Positions 9,913-19,202 of a stretch of 64,000 nucleotides of DNA are shown one piece after another. The stretch spans positions 21,031-85,030 of the forward strand of contig JALNWY010000001.1 of assembly GCA_023230665.1 (NCBI GenBank), read 5' to 3'. Under the pieces are notes generated by a model. That model made no database searches, had not been told where the DNA came from, and worked only from the letters and a program-made list of their open reading frames with translations. Source of the DNA: Deltaproteobacteria bacterium. GTDB taxonomy: Bacteria > Desulfobacterota > Desulfomonilia > UBA1062. How positions within the stretch are numbered: position 1 is the first letter of the stretch; the number at the start of each line of letters is the position of its first letter. A program made the translations under genes and the position numbers.

Positions 9913-9922
9913 ACTGATCAGT
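9913..9922. promoter_or_regulatory. 10-bp perfect palindrome ACTGATCAGT in the TetR / PilZ divergent region; candidate operator
   Basis: Read directly from the sequence, 27 nt upstream of the TetR TTG start. Confidence 0.3.
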
Positions 9923-9983
9923 CAGTTTAGTTCATTTTCGCATACAGGTCAACTGGGTAATAGCCTTCAAAAGAATCAAGGGT

Positions 9984-10012
9984 TGACATATACTGTGTTT
10001 TCAAGGTAATAG
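9984..10012 (+). promoter_or_regulatory. Sigma70-like promoter (TTGACA, 17 nt spacer, GTAATA) for the PilZ gene
   Basis: -35 TTGACA at 9984-9989, a 17-nt spacer, then -10-like GTAATA. The ATG is about 8 nt downstream. Confidence 0.45.
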
Positions 10013-10019
10013 AAAAACA

Positions 10020-10379
10020 ATGGCCATCAGGAAAGAAAAACGTGCATTAGAGAGGATCAGGCTGGAGGACCTGAGCGGATCTGTCGAGCTCATGGAGATC
10101 GTGAAATCCGTTTCCGTGGTCAATGCCTCGGAAGAGGGTGTATGCGTGGGCGGAGCGGATTTTCCGGTAGGCTCTGTGGTGCGCCTTGCCATCGGCCCTC
10201 AGAAGGAGGAGCCGGATATCTCTCTGTACTGCAAGGTCGTCTGGGCATCACAGGAGAAGGACTCTGAGAAGAAATCAGGGCTTATTCTCCTGAACACGAA
10301 CAAGATCCTCTTCCGCAAGGACCTGCTTTCGTTTGTGAAGCTGATCGAATCGGCCCGCAAGCAGGCGTCCTGCTCTTAG
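10020..10379 (+). CDS. Single-domain PilZ (c-di-GMP-binding) protein
   Basis: RxxxR motif (RKEKR at residues 4-8) and N-x-S-x-x-G motif (NASEEG, residue 35 onward) at canonical PilZ spacing. 119 aa. Confidence 0.55.
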   Translation: MAIRKEKRALERIRLEDLSGSVELMEIVKSVSVVNASEEGVCVGGADFPVGSVVRLAIGPQKEEPDISLYCKVVWASQEKDSEKKSGLILLNTNKILFRKDLLSFVKLIESARKQASCS

Positions 10380-11377
10380 CCCCCCAGGGAACTCATCAGG
10401 GTCCGGCATCCCTGATCGGCTGCCGTATGGCTTCCTGTGCAGAGGCGGTGGTTCAGGTTTTTCATCCCGACCCCTTCCTCGATGAGGAGTTCGAGCTCAT
10501 GGTCGGAGATGCCCTGCCTCATGGGGACCCTCAGGTTGAGTTCCTCTTCCGAAAAGAGGCACGGCCTTAAGCTCCCGCACGCCGTGATCCTGATCCGGTT
10601 GCACCTGCTGCAGAAGGCGTGCTCGCTCAAGGCCCCGATGAGCCCGATGGTACCTTTTGCCCCGCCTATGCGGTAAACCTGCGCAGGGCCGTGCTTGTAT
10701 TCGACCTTCTGAAGCGCACCGAAGCGCTTCTCGATGATATCCCGGATCTCGGGAGCGCCGATGAGCTCGCATTTTCCATACCTGGTTGCGCAGCCCATGG
10801 GCATGAGTTCGATGAAACGGACCTCGACCGGAGAGTTCAGGGTCATCTCCGCGAACGCGGGGATCTCGTCGTCGTTGAACCCTCTGATCGCCACGACATT
10901 GACCTTCACCGGGGACAACCCGACATCGAACGAGCGCCGGATCCCGGCGCTGACCCGCTCAAAGGCGTCCACCCGGGTGATGTGCGAAAACTTCTCCCTG
11001 CTCAGTGTATCCAGGCTGATGTTCAGCCGGTTCAGGCCTGCGTTTTTGAGATCTTGCGCCATGGAGTACAGCATCACCCCGTTGGTGGTGAGCGAGAGGT
11101 CCTTGAGTCCGTCGAGCTCCTTCAGTCCCCGGATGAACGGGATCAGACCCTTTCGCAGAAGCGGCTCGCCTCCGGTGATCCGGACCTTGTCCACCCCGCG
11201 GGAAACGCCGATGCGAACGATGCGCAGAAATTCCTCATACCGCATGATGTGTTCGTGAGGGATCCATTCCACCCCTGTTGCGGGCATGCAGTATCTGCAC
11301 CGCAGATTGCACCGGTCCGTAATGGAGATCCTCAAGTACCGGATCTGCCGCTGATAGTTGTCCGTGAGGGGCTTCAT
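10376..11377 (-). CDS. moaA: GTP 3',8-cyclase (molybdenum cofactor biosynthesis protein A)
   Basis: CNLRCRYCMP radical SAM cluster motif near the N-terminus; C-terminal second-cluster cysteines (CSRCNRIRITACGSLRPC); about 333 aa from MKPLTD. Start trimmed to ATG at 11377, which abuts the upstream gene's stop. Confidence 0.85.
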   Translation of the reverse strand: MKPLTDNYQRQIRYLRISITDRCNLRCRYCMPATGVEWIPHEHIMRYEEFLRIVRIGVSRGVDKVRITGGEPLLRKGLIPFIRGLKELDGLKDLSLTTNGVMLYSMAQDLKNAGLNRLNISLDTLSREKFSHITRVDAFERVSAGIRRSFDVGLSPVKVNVVAIRGFNDDEIPAFAEMTLNSPVEVRFIELMPMGCATRYGKCELIGAPEIRDIIEKRFGALQKVEYKHGPAQVYRIGGAKGTIGLIGALSEHAFCSRCNRIRITACGSLRPCLFSEEELNLRVPMRQGISDHELELLIEEGVGMKNLNHRLCTGSHTAADQGCRTLMSSLGG

Positions 11378-12126
11378 CGCCTTATCTTCCTGATGATTTT
11401 TTCCATTGCTGCGTTTTTGTACAGGATTTGGGTCCCCCCTCCTTCCATGACAATATCCAAGGCCTTCCCGGCATCGACCACCCGGCATCCGGCGAGAAAG
11501 GTCACGGGTGTGGACGAAAACACCCGGGGGAGCATGGGGGTCGAGGGACCCATGAGAATCATTGCCCGGGCCCCGCTTTGAAAGGCAAGAATGTCCGAAA
11601 GGCTCCCATTGATGATCGACGTCGCAGTGACAATGGCGACATCCGCCCGGGAGAGGCATTCTTCCATGGCTTCCTGCGGCCGGATTCGCACATCATCGTG
11701 CCTGCGGTGCTCGAATATGTCGACGGTGCAGCCTTTTGCCTTGAGCATTGCAGCCACCGGGGCGATGAACCCCACCATGACCACCCTGTCGCCTTCACGA
11801 ACGCCGGCGGCTTCAAACACATCTTCTTGGGCGCCGCTGTCTTTTTCCTGATTGCTCACGGCATTGAGGGCAGCCAAGGCAATGGACCGGCCCGGGAGAC
11901 CGCCTTTCATCCCAAGCTCGAAGAGATCGGACACCCTGGAGCCCTTGAGTGAACCGGCCCGGGGGAAAACCGTGCAGCTCGTCTTTTCCTGCGACAGGAT
12001 ATTGGCGCACAGCCCGACTCCCGAGCCTTCCACCTCGACCGCGAAATATCCCAGGCCCAGCACCACCCTTGAGATCTTCTGCTGCTGTCTCGTTTCCGGC
12101 ACTTCCCTGATGAGCTCGCTGAACAT
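11374..12126 (-). CDS. DUF4213/DUF364 (Rossmann-like) protein, translationally coupled to moaA
   Basis: 250 aa. N-terminal DUF4213-like segment, then a Rossmann-like region (VVMVGFIAPVAAML, MILMGPSTP). Stop/start junction with moaA at 11374/11377. Confidence 0.5.
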   Translation of the reverse strand: MFSELIREVPETRQQQKISRVVLGLGYFAVEVEGSGVGLCANILSQEKTSCTVFPRAGSLKGSRVSDLFELGMKGGLPGRSIALAALNAVSNQEKDSGAQEDVFEAAGVREGDRVVMVGFIAPVAAMLKAKGCTVDIFEHRRHDDVRIRPQEAMEECLSRADVAIVTATSIINGSLSDILAFQSGARAMILMGPSTPMLPRVFSSTPVTFLAGCRVVDAGKALDIVMEGGGTQILYKNAAMEKIIRKIRR

Positions 12127-12240
12127 ACTCCTGCTTGTAAGCCTTTCGGATATGCTTTGTCAAATATATGATGCGGCGTATACAACAAGGATCGGGCAGT
12201 CGCCCTGTTCTTCAGCCTTCAGGAACGCCGAGCCCGACAA

Positions 12241-13221
12241 TCACACGAACGAGCCCGGCTTGGGTCTGATGCTGATGTCGTTCTGTTCGATCTTCTCGAC
12301 CAGCCGCTCCAGCAATTCGCGCGTCCTGCGCTGTTCATCCAGCAGCTTGTTGAGCATGTCTCTTAAGTCTCCGTTCTTCTGGGCGCCAGGGGCCGGTCCG
12401 GCCGGAACGGCCTTGTGTTTCGGGGCCTTTACCAGCATGGTGATGAGCCGTGTCCAGAACTTGTCGTGGTCTGCCTCCACCGATTCCTGCCCCAGAAGCG
12501 TGGACGCAATGATCCGGTAGCAACGGGCGATATCCGAGGTAGGGTACCTGACCACGGCCGGTACCTGGTCGGTAACGGCCCGGGAGAGTTTGTCGTCGCG
12601 GTAGACGCTCCCCAGGTATTCTACGTGGGTGTCCAGAAAACGCTGGGAAGCCGACGAGATCTTTTTGTAGAGGTTGTGCCCGGCAGAGCTGTTTTTCACC
12701 ATGCTTGAGAACATGGATATTCTCCCCGGGTAATCGTTTTTCTTGAGCACTTTGATCATGGCGTATGCGTCTGTGAGGCTGGTGGGCTCGGGCGCGACGC
12801 CCACGATCACCTCAGGCGCGGCCATGAGAAAGGAAATGACGCTTGAGGAGATGCCCGATGCCGTGTCGACGAGCAGGTAGTCAGAGGAAGCGGACAGGGC
12901 GGAAACCTGCTTCACCAGCTCTTTCAGCTGTTCCCTGCCCAGATCGGCCATATCCTGCGTGCCGGAGCATCCCGGGATGAGCTCCACATGGTAATCAGTC
13001 CTGAAGACGATCTCTCCAATCTCGAGCCTGCCCAGGATGACGTCTTCGAGTGTTCTGTTGGGCCGGATTCCCAGGAGCACGTCCATATTGGCAAGCCCGA
13101 GATCGGCATCGAGGATGCGCACCCGATGGTTCATCATGGCGAGACAGATGCCGACATTGAGCGTGAAGTTGCTCTTGCCCACGCCGCCCTTTCCTGATGT
13201 TACCGCCATGATCCGTGCCAT
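12241..13221 (-). CDS. MinD/ParA-family P-loop ATPase with an unusual C-terminal extension
   Basis: Deviant Walker A motif SGKGGVGKS. MinD-like core of about 250 aa, then an extra 75-aa Pro/Ala-rich plus coiled-coil tail. Start at MARIM (ATG 13221), with an AGGGAAG Shine-Dalgarno sequence upstream. Confidence 0.7.
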   Translation of the reverse strand: MARIMAVTSGKGGVGKSNFTLNVGICLAMMNHRVRILDADLGLANMDVLLGIRPNRTLEDVILGRLEIGEIVFRTDYHVELIPGCSGTQDMADLGREQLKELVKQVSALSASSDYLLVDTASGISSSVISFLMAAPEVIVGVAPEPTSLTDAYAMIKVLKKNDYPGRISMFSSMVKNSSAGHNLYKKISSASQRFLDTHVEYLGSVYRDDKLSRAVTDQVPAVVRYPTSDIARCYRIIASTLLGQESVEADHDKFWTRLITMLVKAPKHKAVPAGPAPGAQKNGDLRDMLNKLLDEQRRTRELLERLVEKIEQNDISIRPKPGSFV

Positions 13222-13352
13222 AGTTACTTCCCTGTGTTTTTTAAAAGCCTGCAATATGTGTGCAAAACATGCATATGGAAAATAAACGGGTTTTTCAAGG
13301 ACTTTGCTTAAGAAGAGAAAAATGTTTCTCCGTAAGGAGAACTATTTGTCTT

Positions 13353-16300
13353 CTATGCCCTCTGGAGCGACATGGACACCACCTTGCTGATTCCCGGCAC
13401 ATCAAAGGTCACGCCGTAGAGGATGTCGGACATTTCCATAGTATGCCGGTTGTGCGTGACAATGATGAACTGGGAATCGCGGGCAAAGCTCCGGATCAGG
13501 TGATTGAAGCGGACAACGTTGGCATCGTCGAGGGGCGCGTCCACCTCGTCGAGGATGCAGAAGGGAGACGGCCGCACCTTGAACAGGGCGAAGATGAAGC
13601 TCAGTGCGCACAGCGTCTTTTCACCCTCGGAGAGCAGGCTCATGGATTTGAGCCGTTTGAACGGCGGACAGGCCAGTATCTCGACCCCGGAATCGGGCGA
13701 GTTGCCGTCAAGGAGCACCAGGTCCGCCTTCCCTCCCCCGAACATGGTCGTGAAGAGCTCCTGGAAATGGTATTTCACCTGCTCAAAGGTCTCGGTGAAG
13801 GCCTTGACGCTCTGCTTCTCGATATTGGCGATAACCTCTCTCAGCCTTGCGCTCGCCTGGACGATATCCTCATACTGCCGGTGAAGTTCGTCCCATCTGG
13901 CCTGTACGTGCTCGAAGGCGTCCAGGGACGCGAAGTTGATCTGGCCCAGCTTCTCGATCCGGCCCTCCAGGGCTTCGACCTTCTGCCGGGCATCCTCGGA
14001 AGAGAAATCTTCCGGAACATCGGGGAGATCTTCTCCGGAAAACCGGGAGGCAAAGCGTTCGCTGCTCATGGTCAGGGCGATCTCCTGCTCCTTGGTTTTG
14101 AGAAGGATGTCGTTGCGTTTTTTTTCCAGGGAGACCAGGGTTTCCCGGCACTCGTCCCTGCTCTGGGCGAGCGTGGCCAGAGAGTCCAAGAGCTCCTCGT
14201 GTTCGGGAGTGGCGCTCTCCAGGGCCTCCCGCTGATTTTCGGCCTGCACCTGAAGCGCCTGGAGCCGGCTCCTGGACTTCACCAGGGCGTCCTGCACCGA
14301 GGCGAGCGTCTTGACCAGGTCTTCCCTTTTGCCGGCATCCCGGGAGACCTGCCGGGATATGCCCTCGATCTGTTCTTCAATCCCCTCAAGCCGTTGCCGT
14401 GCTGCCGCTGCCGCAACCTTGAGCTCGCCCGCCCGCTGCGCATGGGTGCTGATCGACTCCCGGGCATTCTGGAGCTGCTGCCGTGCGACCGCCCTCTTTT
14501 CGTCGAGGGACTTGACCTCATCCTGCAAGGCTTTGATCTGCTGGTCCAGCTCCTGCTTCTGTGTTTGGATATCCGCAAGATCGCTCTCGACCTTTTTCAC
14601 CATCGATTCCCACGTCTCGATGTCGCGCCGGTAAGACAGCTCGCGCTCGGAAATGCGCTCCAGCTCTCGCGAGGCAGCGTTCTTTTTTTCAGAAAGGGAT
14701 GCCGCCTGCTGCCTGAGCGACCGTTCCTCGCTCCCGGCCAGCTCCCGGTCTTCTCTGATCTGCTGCATCTCCTGCCTGAGCCGGGTGAGACACTCTTTTG
14801 TCGAGACGATCTCCCGATCCAGGACGATCTCCTGCCGGGAGAGCTCTTCCTTCTCGGCCTTTGCCTTGAGCCCTTCGGCATACTTGGCCATCTCTGCAGT
14901 GGTCCGGACGACCCCCGAGGGCTCGAGGATGACGCCGTCCCGGGTGACAAAGGTACAGAACCTCATGCCCTGTTTCCAAAACGAAAAGGCGCAGTGGATA
15001 TCCTCCACCACCCACATGTCTCCGGACAGGGCATGAACCACGTCTTCATAACCCTCCTGGGCCTCGACAAGATCTTCCAGACATGCAACGACGCCCTCTC
15101 CCTTCGGATCGGCCCCTGCCGGCCGGCCGTTCAGGTGCGGGCTCCGGGGGATGTACCCCGGGCCCCCGTCCTCGATCCGGCCCAGCTTCAGGATATCTTC
15201 ATGGTCCTGAACGATCAGGTAATCGAGCGATTTTCCCAGGGAGAGGCCTACGGTCTCCTCAAACCCGCTCCTCGCCTTCAGGGCTTCCGCAACCCGCCTT
15301 GTGCCGTTGTTCGTGGAGAGATCTCTGGGCCGTGGCATGGTTCCGGCGAGAATGATCCTCTCGAGCATGGATATCTTTGCCAGGAGCTGTGCGTGGGACT
15401 TCTCCAGTCCGGCCAGGGTGTGCGCGGTCCCCTCGATCCGGGACTGGAGCCCGTGCATCTGATCTCCCAGCGATTTCACCTTCTCGCCGAGGCTTTCGGC
15501 CCGAGATTTCGCCCGGGCATACTCTGCTTCAATCCCTTCATATTTCGACTCGAGAGATGCCCTTTGCGATCCGAGCTCGGACAGATCGGCGCGCCGTTTC
15601 CTTGCGTTGGCTTGGGCCTCGTGCCGCCTTGTCTCCATGGACGAGATCCGCTGCTGGGTTGCCCTGGAGTGGCCGATCGCATCGAAAAGCTGCGCCCTCT
15701 TCTGGTTGTACTCGCCCTCGAAAGCCCCGAATTCCTTTTCCACGGATTCGAGGTGGAGGTTCCGGGAATCCATCTCCTCTTCGATCTGCGCGATGTCCAG
15801 AGAAAGCCTTTCCAGATGGCCGCGTTCCTGTTCGCCCCTTTCGCGGAGCTCGCCGGTTTCCCGGGTCATCTGCCCGATGCGGCTCTGGAGCATCTCGATG
15901 GTTGACGCTATGTCCCGGGCCCTGTTCGTGTTCGCCTCGATCTCGCCCTCTGCGAGCAGGCCGCTGGAGCGGGCCTCTTCCATGGCGCGTCTGATCTCAT
16001 CCATGTTTCCGCGGACTACAGACAGCCTGGCATCCAAGCCTCCCATGGCCCGGGCATACTCCTCGTGCTGCTTCCTAAACGACTCCTCCTGCTGCCGCAC
16101 CTCCTGCAGCATCTCGTCGAGCTTTTCTTTTTTTTCCGTGATCTTCTGGATCTCGGAGGCCCAGAGCATCTTGGTGAGCGAATTGATTTCCGAACGCAGG
16201 CCCTGATATCTGCGGGCCTTGTTGGCCTGCGATTTCAGCTCGTCTCTCTGCCGGGAGACCTCGGTCAGCAGGTCGCGCACCCGCTCGAGGTTCCCTGCCG

Positions 16301-16859
16301 TGGCTTCGAGGCGCTTGATGGCGTCGGCCCGTTTGAAGCGGAACCTCCCCACCTCTGCAGCCTCTTCGATGAGATAGCGGATATCCTCGGGCCGGGACTG
16401 GATGATGTCCTTGACCTTGCCTTGTTCCACAATGGCATACCTGTGCCGGTCGAGGCCCGTGTCCAAAAACAGGTCGGTGATGTCCTTGAGCCTGCATCTG
16501 ACCCCGTTCAGGGAATAGATGCTCTCGCCGGTGCGATAGAGCCTCCGGGAGATGGACGCCTCGTCGAACCCGTCCAGGCTTTTGGGAAAATAGCCGCCGT
16601 CCCGCGCGAACTCCATGACCACTTCGGCCATTGATCCGGGAGGCACATCCTGGGTGCCTGAAAAGATCACCTCGCTCATGGACCCGGCGCGCAGAGAGCG
16701 GTTCGACTGTTCACCCAGGGCCCACCGGACAGCGTCGATGATATTGCTCTTCCCGCAGCCGTTGGGCCCGGCAATGCACGTCACTCCATCGGCGACGGGC
16801 AGCGAGGTCTTCTTGGCAACGGATTTGAAACCCCGGATCTCAATCCTCTTCAATTTCAC
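13353..16859 (-). CDS. smc: Chromosome segregation protein SMC
   Basis: N-terminal Walker A motif GPNGCGKSN; very long coiled-coils; hinge; C-terminal LSGGEKTLCALSF signature and Walker B motif ILDEVDAPLD. Probable GTG start (VKLKRIEIRGFKS) at 16859. An in-frame ATG at 16925 is a possible alternative start. Confidence 0.9.
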   Translation of the reverse strand: MKLKRIEIRGFKSVAKKTSLPVADGVTCIAGPNGCGKSNIIDAVRWALGEQSNRSLRAGSMSEVIFSGTQDVPPGSMAEVVMEFARDGGYFPKSLDGFDEASISRRLYRTGESIYSLNGVRCRLKDITDLFLDTGLDRHRYAIVEQGKVKDIIQSRPEDIRYLIEEAAEVGRFRFKRADAIKRLEATAGNLERVRDLLTEVSRQRDELKSQANKARRYQGLRSEINSLTKMLWASEIQKITEKKEKLDEMLQEVRQQEESFRKQHEEYARAMGGLDARLSVVRGNMDEIRRAMEEARSSGLLAEGEIEANTNRARDIASTIEMLQSRIGQMTRETGELRERGEQERGHLERLSLDIAQIEEEMDSRNLHLESVEKEFGAFEGEYNQKRAQLFDAIGHSRATQQRISSMETRRHEAQANARKRRADLSELGSQRASLESKYEGIEAEYARAKSRAESLGEKVKSLGDQMHGLQSRIEGTAHTLAGLEKSHAQLLAKISMLERIILAGTMPRPRDLSTNNGTRRVAEALKARSGFEETVGLSLGKSLDYLIVQDHEDILKLGRIEDGGPGYIPRSPHLNGRPAGADPKGEGVVACLEDLVEAQEGYEDVVHALSGDMWVVEDIHCAFSFWKQGMRFCTFVTRDGVILEPSGVVRTTAEMAKYAEGLKAKAEKEELSRQEIVLDREIVSTKECLTRLRQEMQQIREDRELAGSEERSLRQQAASLSEKKNAASRELERISERELSYRRDIETWESMVKKVESDLADIQTQKQELDQQIKALQDEVKSLDEKRAVARQQLQNARESISTHAQRAGELKVAAAAARQRLEGIEEQIEGISRQVSRDAGKREDLVKTLASVQDALVKSRSRLQALQVQAENQREALESATPEHEELLDSLATLAQSRDECRETLVSLEKKRNDILLKTKEQEIALTMSSERFASRFSGEDLPDVPEDFSSEDARQKVEALEGRIEKLGQINFASLDAFEHVQARWDELHRQYEDIVQASARLREVIANIEKQSVKAFTETFEQVKYHFQELFTTMFGGGKADLVLLDGNSPDSGVEILACPPFKRLKSMSLLSEGEKTLCALSFIFALFKVRPSPFCILDEVDAPLDDANVVRFNHLIRSFARDSQFIIVTHNRHTMEMSDILYGVTFDVPGISKVVSMSLQRA

Positions 16860-17121
16860 ATCTTTTGTGTACCAGAGCTTCCCTGGGATCGCAAGAGGGG
16901 TTCTCCTCAAGGCCCGTGGATGCATGCCACACCTTTTTCTTTGCTGCCTGGTTTCCTGTTTTCGCCTGCTTGGGCAGGAGGCCCCCGGAGGAGAGCAGCG
17001 ACCGAGGAAGACGCAGGGTGCCCTCAGGACGTATGCGGTGGAGTGGAAAATCCTTGCAATATCTTCCCGAAAACGGCAATACATGAAGGAATATTTTCCA
17101 AGGGTGTGCCAGGAGGGAATC

Positions 17122-17718
17122 ATGTACGGAGTGAACAATCCCCTTGTATTTGCCGGGCAGCTGCTTCATATCGCGCTTACGGTCTATCTGTGGATCATTA
17201 TCATCGGCGCTCTGATATCCTGGGTGAATCCCGATCCCTATAACCCGGTGGTGCGGTTTCTCCGCAGGGCCACCGACCCGCTCTTCTTCTGGCTCAGACG
17301 GCATATACCGCTTATTGCGGGCGGGATTGACTTCTCGCCCGTCATCGCCATCGCGCTCATCATCTTCCTCGGTTCTTCCCTGGTCCCTATCCTGATCGAA
17401 GGAGGAAATATCCCGGCGAATGTTCTCATCGGGTTCGGACAGTCCGTTTCCATGCTGCTGAACTTTTATCTCGTCGTAGTGATCCTCTCCGCGGTATTGA
17501 GCTTCGTGAGTCCCAACCCCTATAACCCTGTCGTGCGCATCATTTCCGCGCTGACCTTCCCGGTGTTCTCCTGGTTCCGAAGGAGATTGCCGCTGGTTTA
17601 TGGAGGCATCGATTTCACCCCGGCACTGGTCATCGTCCTGATCCTGCTCATCAATTCCTATGGGACTCAAACCCTGATCCGTCTGGGGGTCAATTTAAAA
17701 ATGAAAGGAGTGTTCTGA
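17122..17718 (+). CDS. yggT: YggT-family membrane protein (tandem duplicated YggT domain)
   Basis: Two repeats of the WxNPxPYNPVVRF...RRxxPL...GGIDFSP pattern. AGGAGGG Shine-Dalgarno sequence before the ATG at 17122. Confidence 0.7.
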   Translation: MYGVNNPLVFAGQLLHIALTVYLWIIIIGALISWVNPDPYNPVVRFLRRATDPLFFWLRRHIPLIAGGIDFSPVIAIALIIFLGSSLVPILIEGGNIPANVLIGFGQSVSMLLNFYLVVVILSAVLSFVSPNPYNPVVRIISALTFPVFSWFRRRLPLVYGGIDFTPALVIVLILLINSYGTQTLIRLGVNLKMKGVF

Positions 17719-18248
17719 TGCAACTGACGCCTGAAATGATCCGGGAGCAGCGTTTTCGAGGGAGGTTGTCCGGGTTCGACAAGGAAGAAGTCACGAGCTT
17801 CCTGGTGGGGATAGCCGAGGACATGGAAGAACTTCTCGAGGAAAACAATCTGCTCAAGAGCGAGCTGGATTCTATGAAGGAAAAGCAGAAAGACCTCGAA
17901 GACCTTTTTCTTTCCGCCAAACAGTTCTCCGACGAGAAGAAAAGACTGGCCGAGCAGGAGGCCCACATGAAGATCGCCGAGGCCCAGCGGAAGGTATCCG
18001 CGATGCAGGAAGAGGCCCGGCAGAAGATCGAGGGTGCCGGCCAGAAGGCGCTGGAGATCGAGGAGCAGGCCCAGGAAAGGGCGCGAGAGATCCTCAGCGA
18101 GGCCCAGCAGATGAAGTCGGCCCTGGAAAAGGAGCTCACCGAGCTGAAGGCCAAGAGAACGAACCTCTTCACCGAGCTCAGGTCGGTTCTCGACTCCTAC
18201 CAGAACTGGATCAGAGAGATGGGGAATGTGGATCCGTCCGGAAGATGA
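17718..18248 (+). CDS. DivIVA-domain protein
   Basis: N-terminal LTPEMIREQRFRGRLSGFDKEEVTSFL DivIVA signature, then a long coiled-coil. The ATG overlaps the yggT stop. Confidence 0.65.
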   Translation: MQLTPEMIREQRFRGRLSGFDKEEVTSFLVGIAEDMEELLEENNLLKSELDSMKEKQKDLEDLFLSAKQFSDEKKRLAEQEAHMKIAEAQRKVSAMQEEARQKIEGAGQKALEIEEQAQERAREILSEAQQMKSALEKELTELKAKRTNLFTELRSVLDSYQNWIREMGNVDPSGR

Positions 18249-18510
18249 CGGCACGATCCTCGTGTGCAGGGTCCGCCCCAATGCCGGCAGGAACTCGATT
18301 GAGGGTGTCCGTGATGACCATGTGTCCGTTCACTTGAGCGCCCCTGCCGTGGAAGGCAAGGCAAACAAGGCCCTGGTGGCGTTTCTCGCCAAACAGCTCC
18401 ATATTGCAAAGTCTAAAATCTCGCTGAAAGTCGGGGAAAAGGCTCGGACCAAGGTGCTCTTTATCAGCGGGATGGCCCCGGAGGAGGTGTCCGGGCTTCT
18501 GGGGCTTTAG
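18226..18510 (+). CDS. yggU: DUF167/YggU-family protein
   Basis: 94 aa with a DGTILVCRVRPNAGRNSIEGV...KANKALVAFLAK pattern typical of UPF0235. Gene order yggT - divIVA - yggU. Confidence 0.55.
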   Translation: MWIRPEDDGTILVCRVRPNAGRNSIEGVRDDHVSVHLSAPAVEGKANKALVAFLAKQLHIAKSKISLKVGEKARTKVLFISGMAPEEVSGLLGL

Positions 18511-19106
18511 TCTACCACCCGTACACCGCGATAACCCAACTGGATGAGCTCTTCGGCAATGGCTGCGGTGTCGCCGCCGGAGATGCGGAAGTGATGGGCG
18601 TTTTCATCGCCGTTGATGGTCATGCCTGCGCTGATGATATAACCACCCTTGCTTTCGATGATCGACACCACCTCGTCAAAAGACCCGTGGACGCCCTTGA
18701 GGACCACGTCGATCCGGGAGCCCGACTTGAGGACCCCCATGATCTCGATAAAGGCCTTGAGAATGTCTTTGATGGTGATGATCCCGGCGACCTTCCCGCT
18801 TTCAACCACCGGCAGGCACCCGATATTCTTTTCGTAAATGATCCGGGCCGCCTTTTCCAGCGAGGTGTCCCGGGTAATGGTAATCGGGTTCCGGAGCATC
18901 AGGTCCCCGACCTTCAGGGTTTCGAGCATGGAGGCCAGGATCGCCTGCTTGAGGTCTCCGGAGGTGACCAGCCCGATGAACAGGCCACCCTCCACCACAG
19001 GAAGATGGCGGATGGAAAACTTCTTCATGACTGTCAGGGCATCTCTGATTCCCGCTTCTTTTCCTATGGTGACGAGGTCGGTGACCATCCATGATTCTAC
19101 ATTCAT
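18507..19106 (-). CDS. CBS-pair domain protein with a C-terminal ACT-like domain (AcuB-like)
   Basis: Two CBS motifs (VMKKFSIRHLPVV, IYEKNIGCLPVV) and a C-terminal regulatory domain. Start set at the internal ATG 19106 (MNVESW); the longer form starting at 19193 is possible. Confidence 0.6.
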   Translation of the reverse strand: MNVESWMVTDLVTIGKEAGIRDALTVMKKFSIRHLPVVEGGLFIGLVTSGDLKQAILASMLETLKVGDLMLRNPITITRDTSLEKAARIIYEKNIGCLPVVESGKVAGIITIKDILKAFIEIMGVLKSGSRIDVVLKGVHGSFDEVVSIIESKGGYIISAGMTINGDENAHHFRISGGDTAAIAEELIQLGYRGVRVVD

Positions 19107-19202
19107 AATGACCTGTATAACAAACCCGATCGGAAATTGAAACCATGAACCTTCTGCAGAGCGTAGTGGCTCGGTTTTAAGAGAAGATATCAAGTTTGCG
19201 GG

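Noticed and set aside
12127-12240. Possible Moco riboswitch upstream of the DUF364-moaA pair
   Set aside because: Only 114 nt are available, and I could not recognise the conserved Moco-motif helices by eye. A covariance-model search would be needed, so no call was made.
13260-15905. 881-aa ORF on the plus strand
   Set aside because: Entirely antisense to smc. The translation is low-complexity and rich in Arg, Gly, Leu and Pro, with no motif. This is a typical high-GC antisense artefact.
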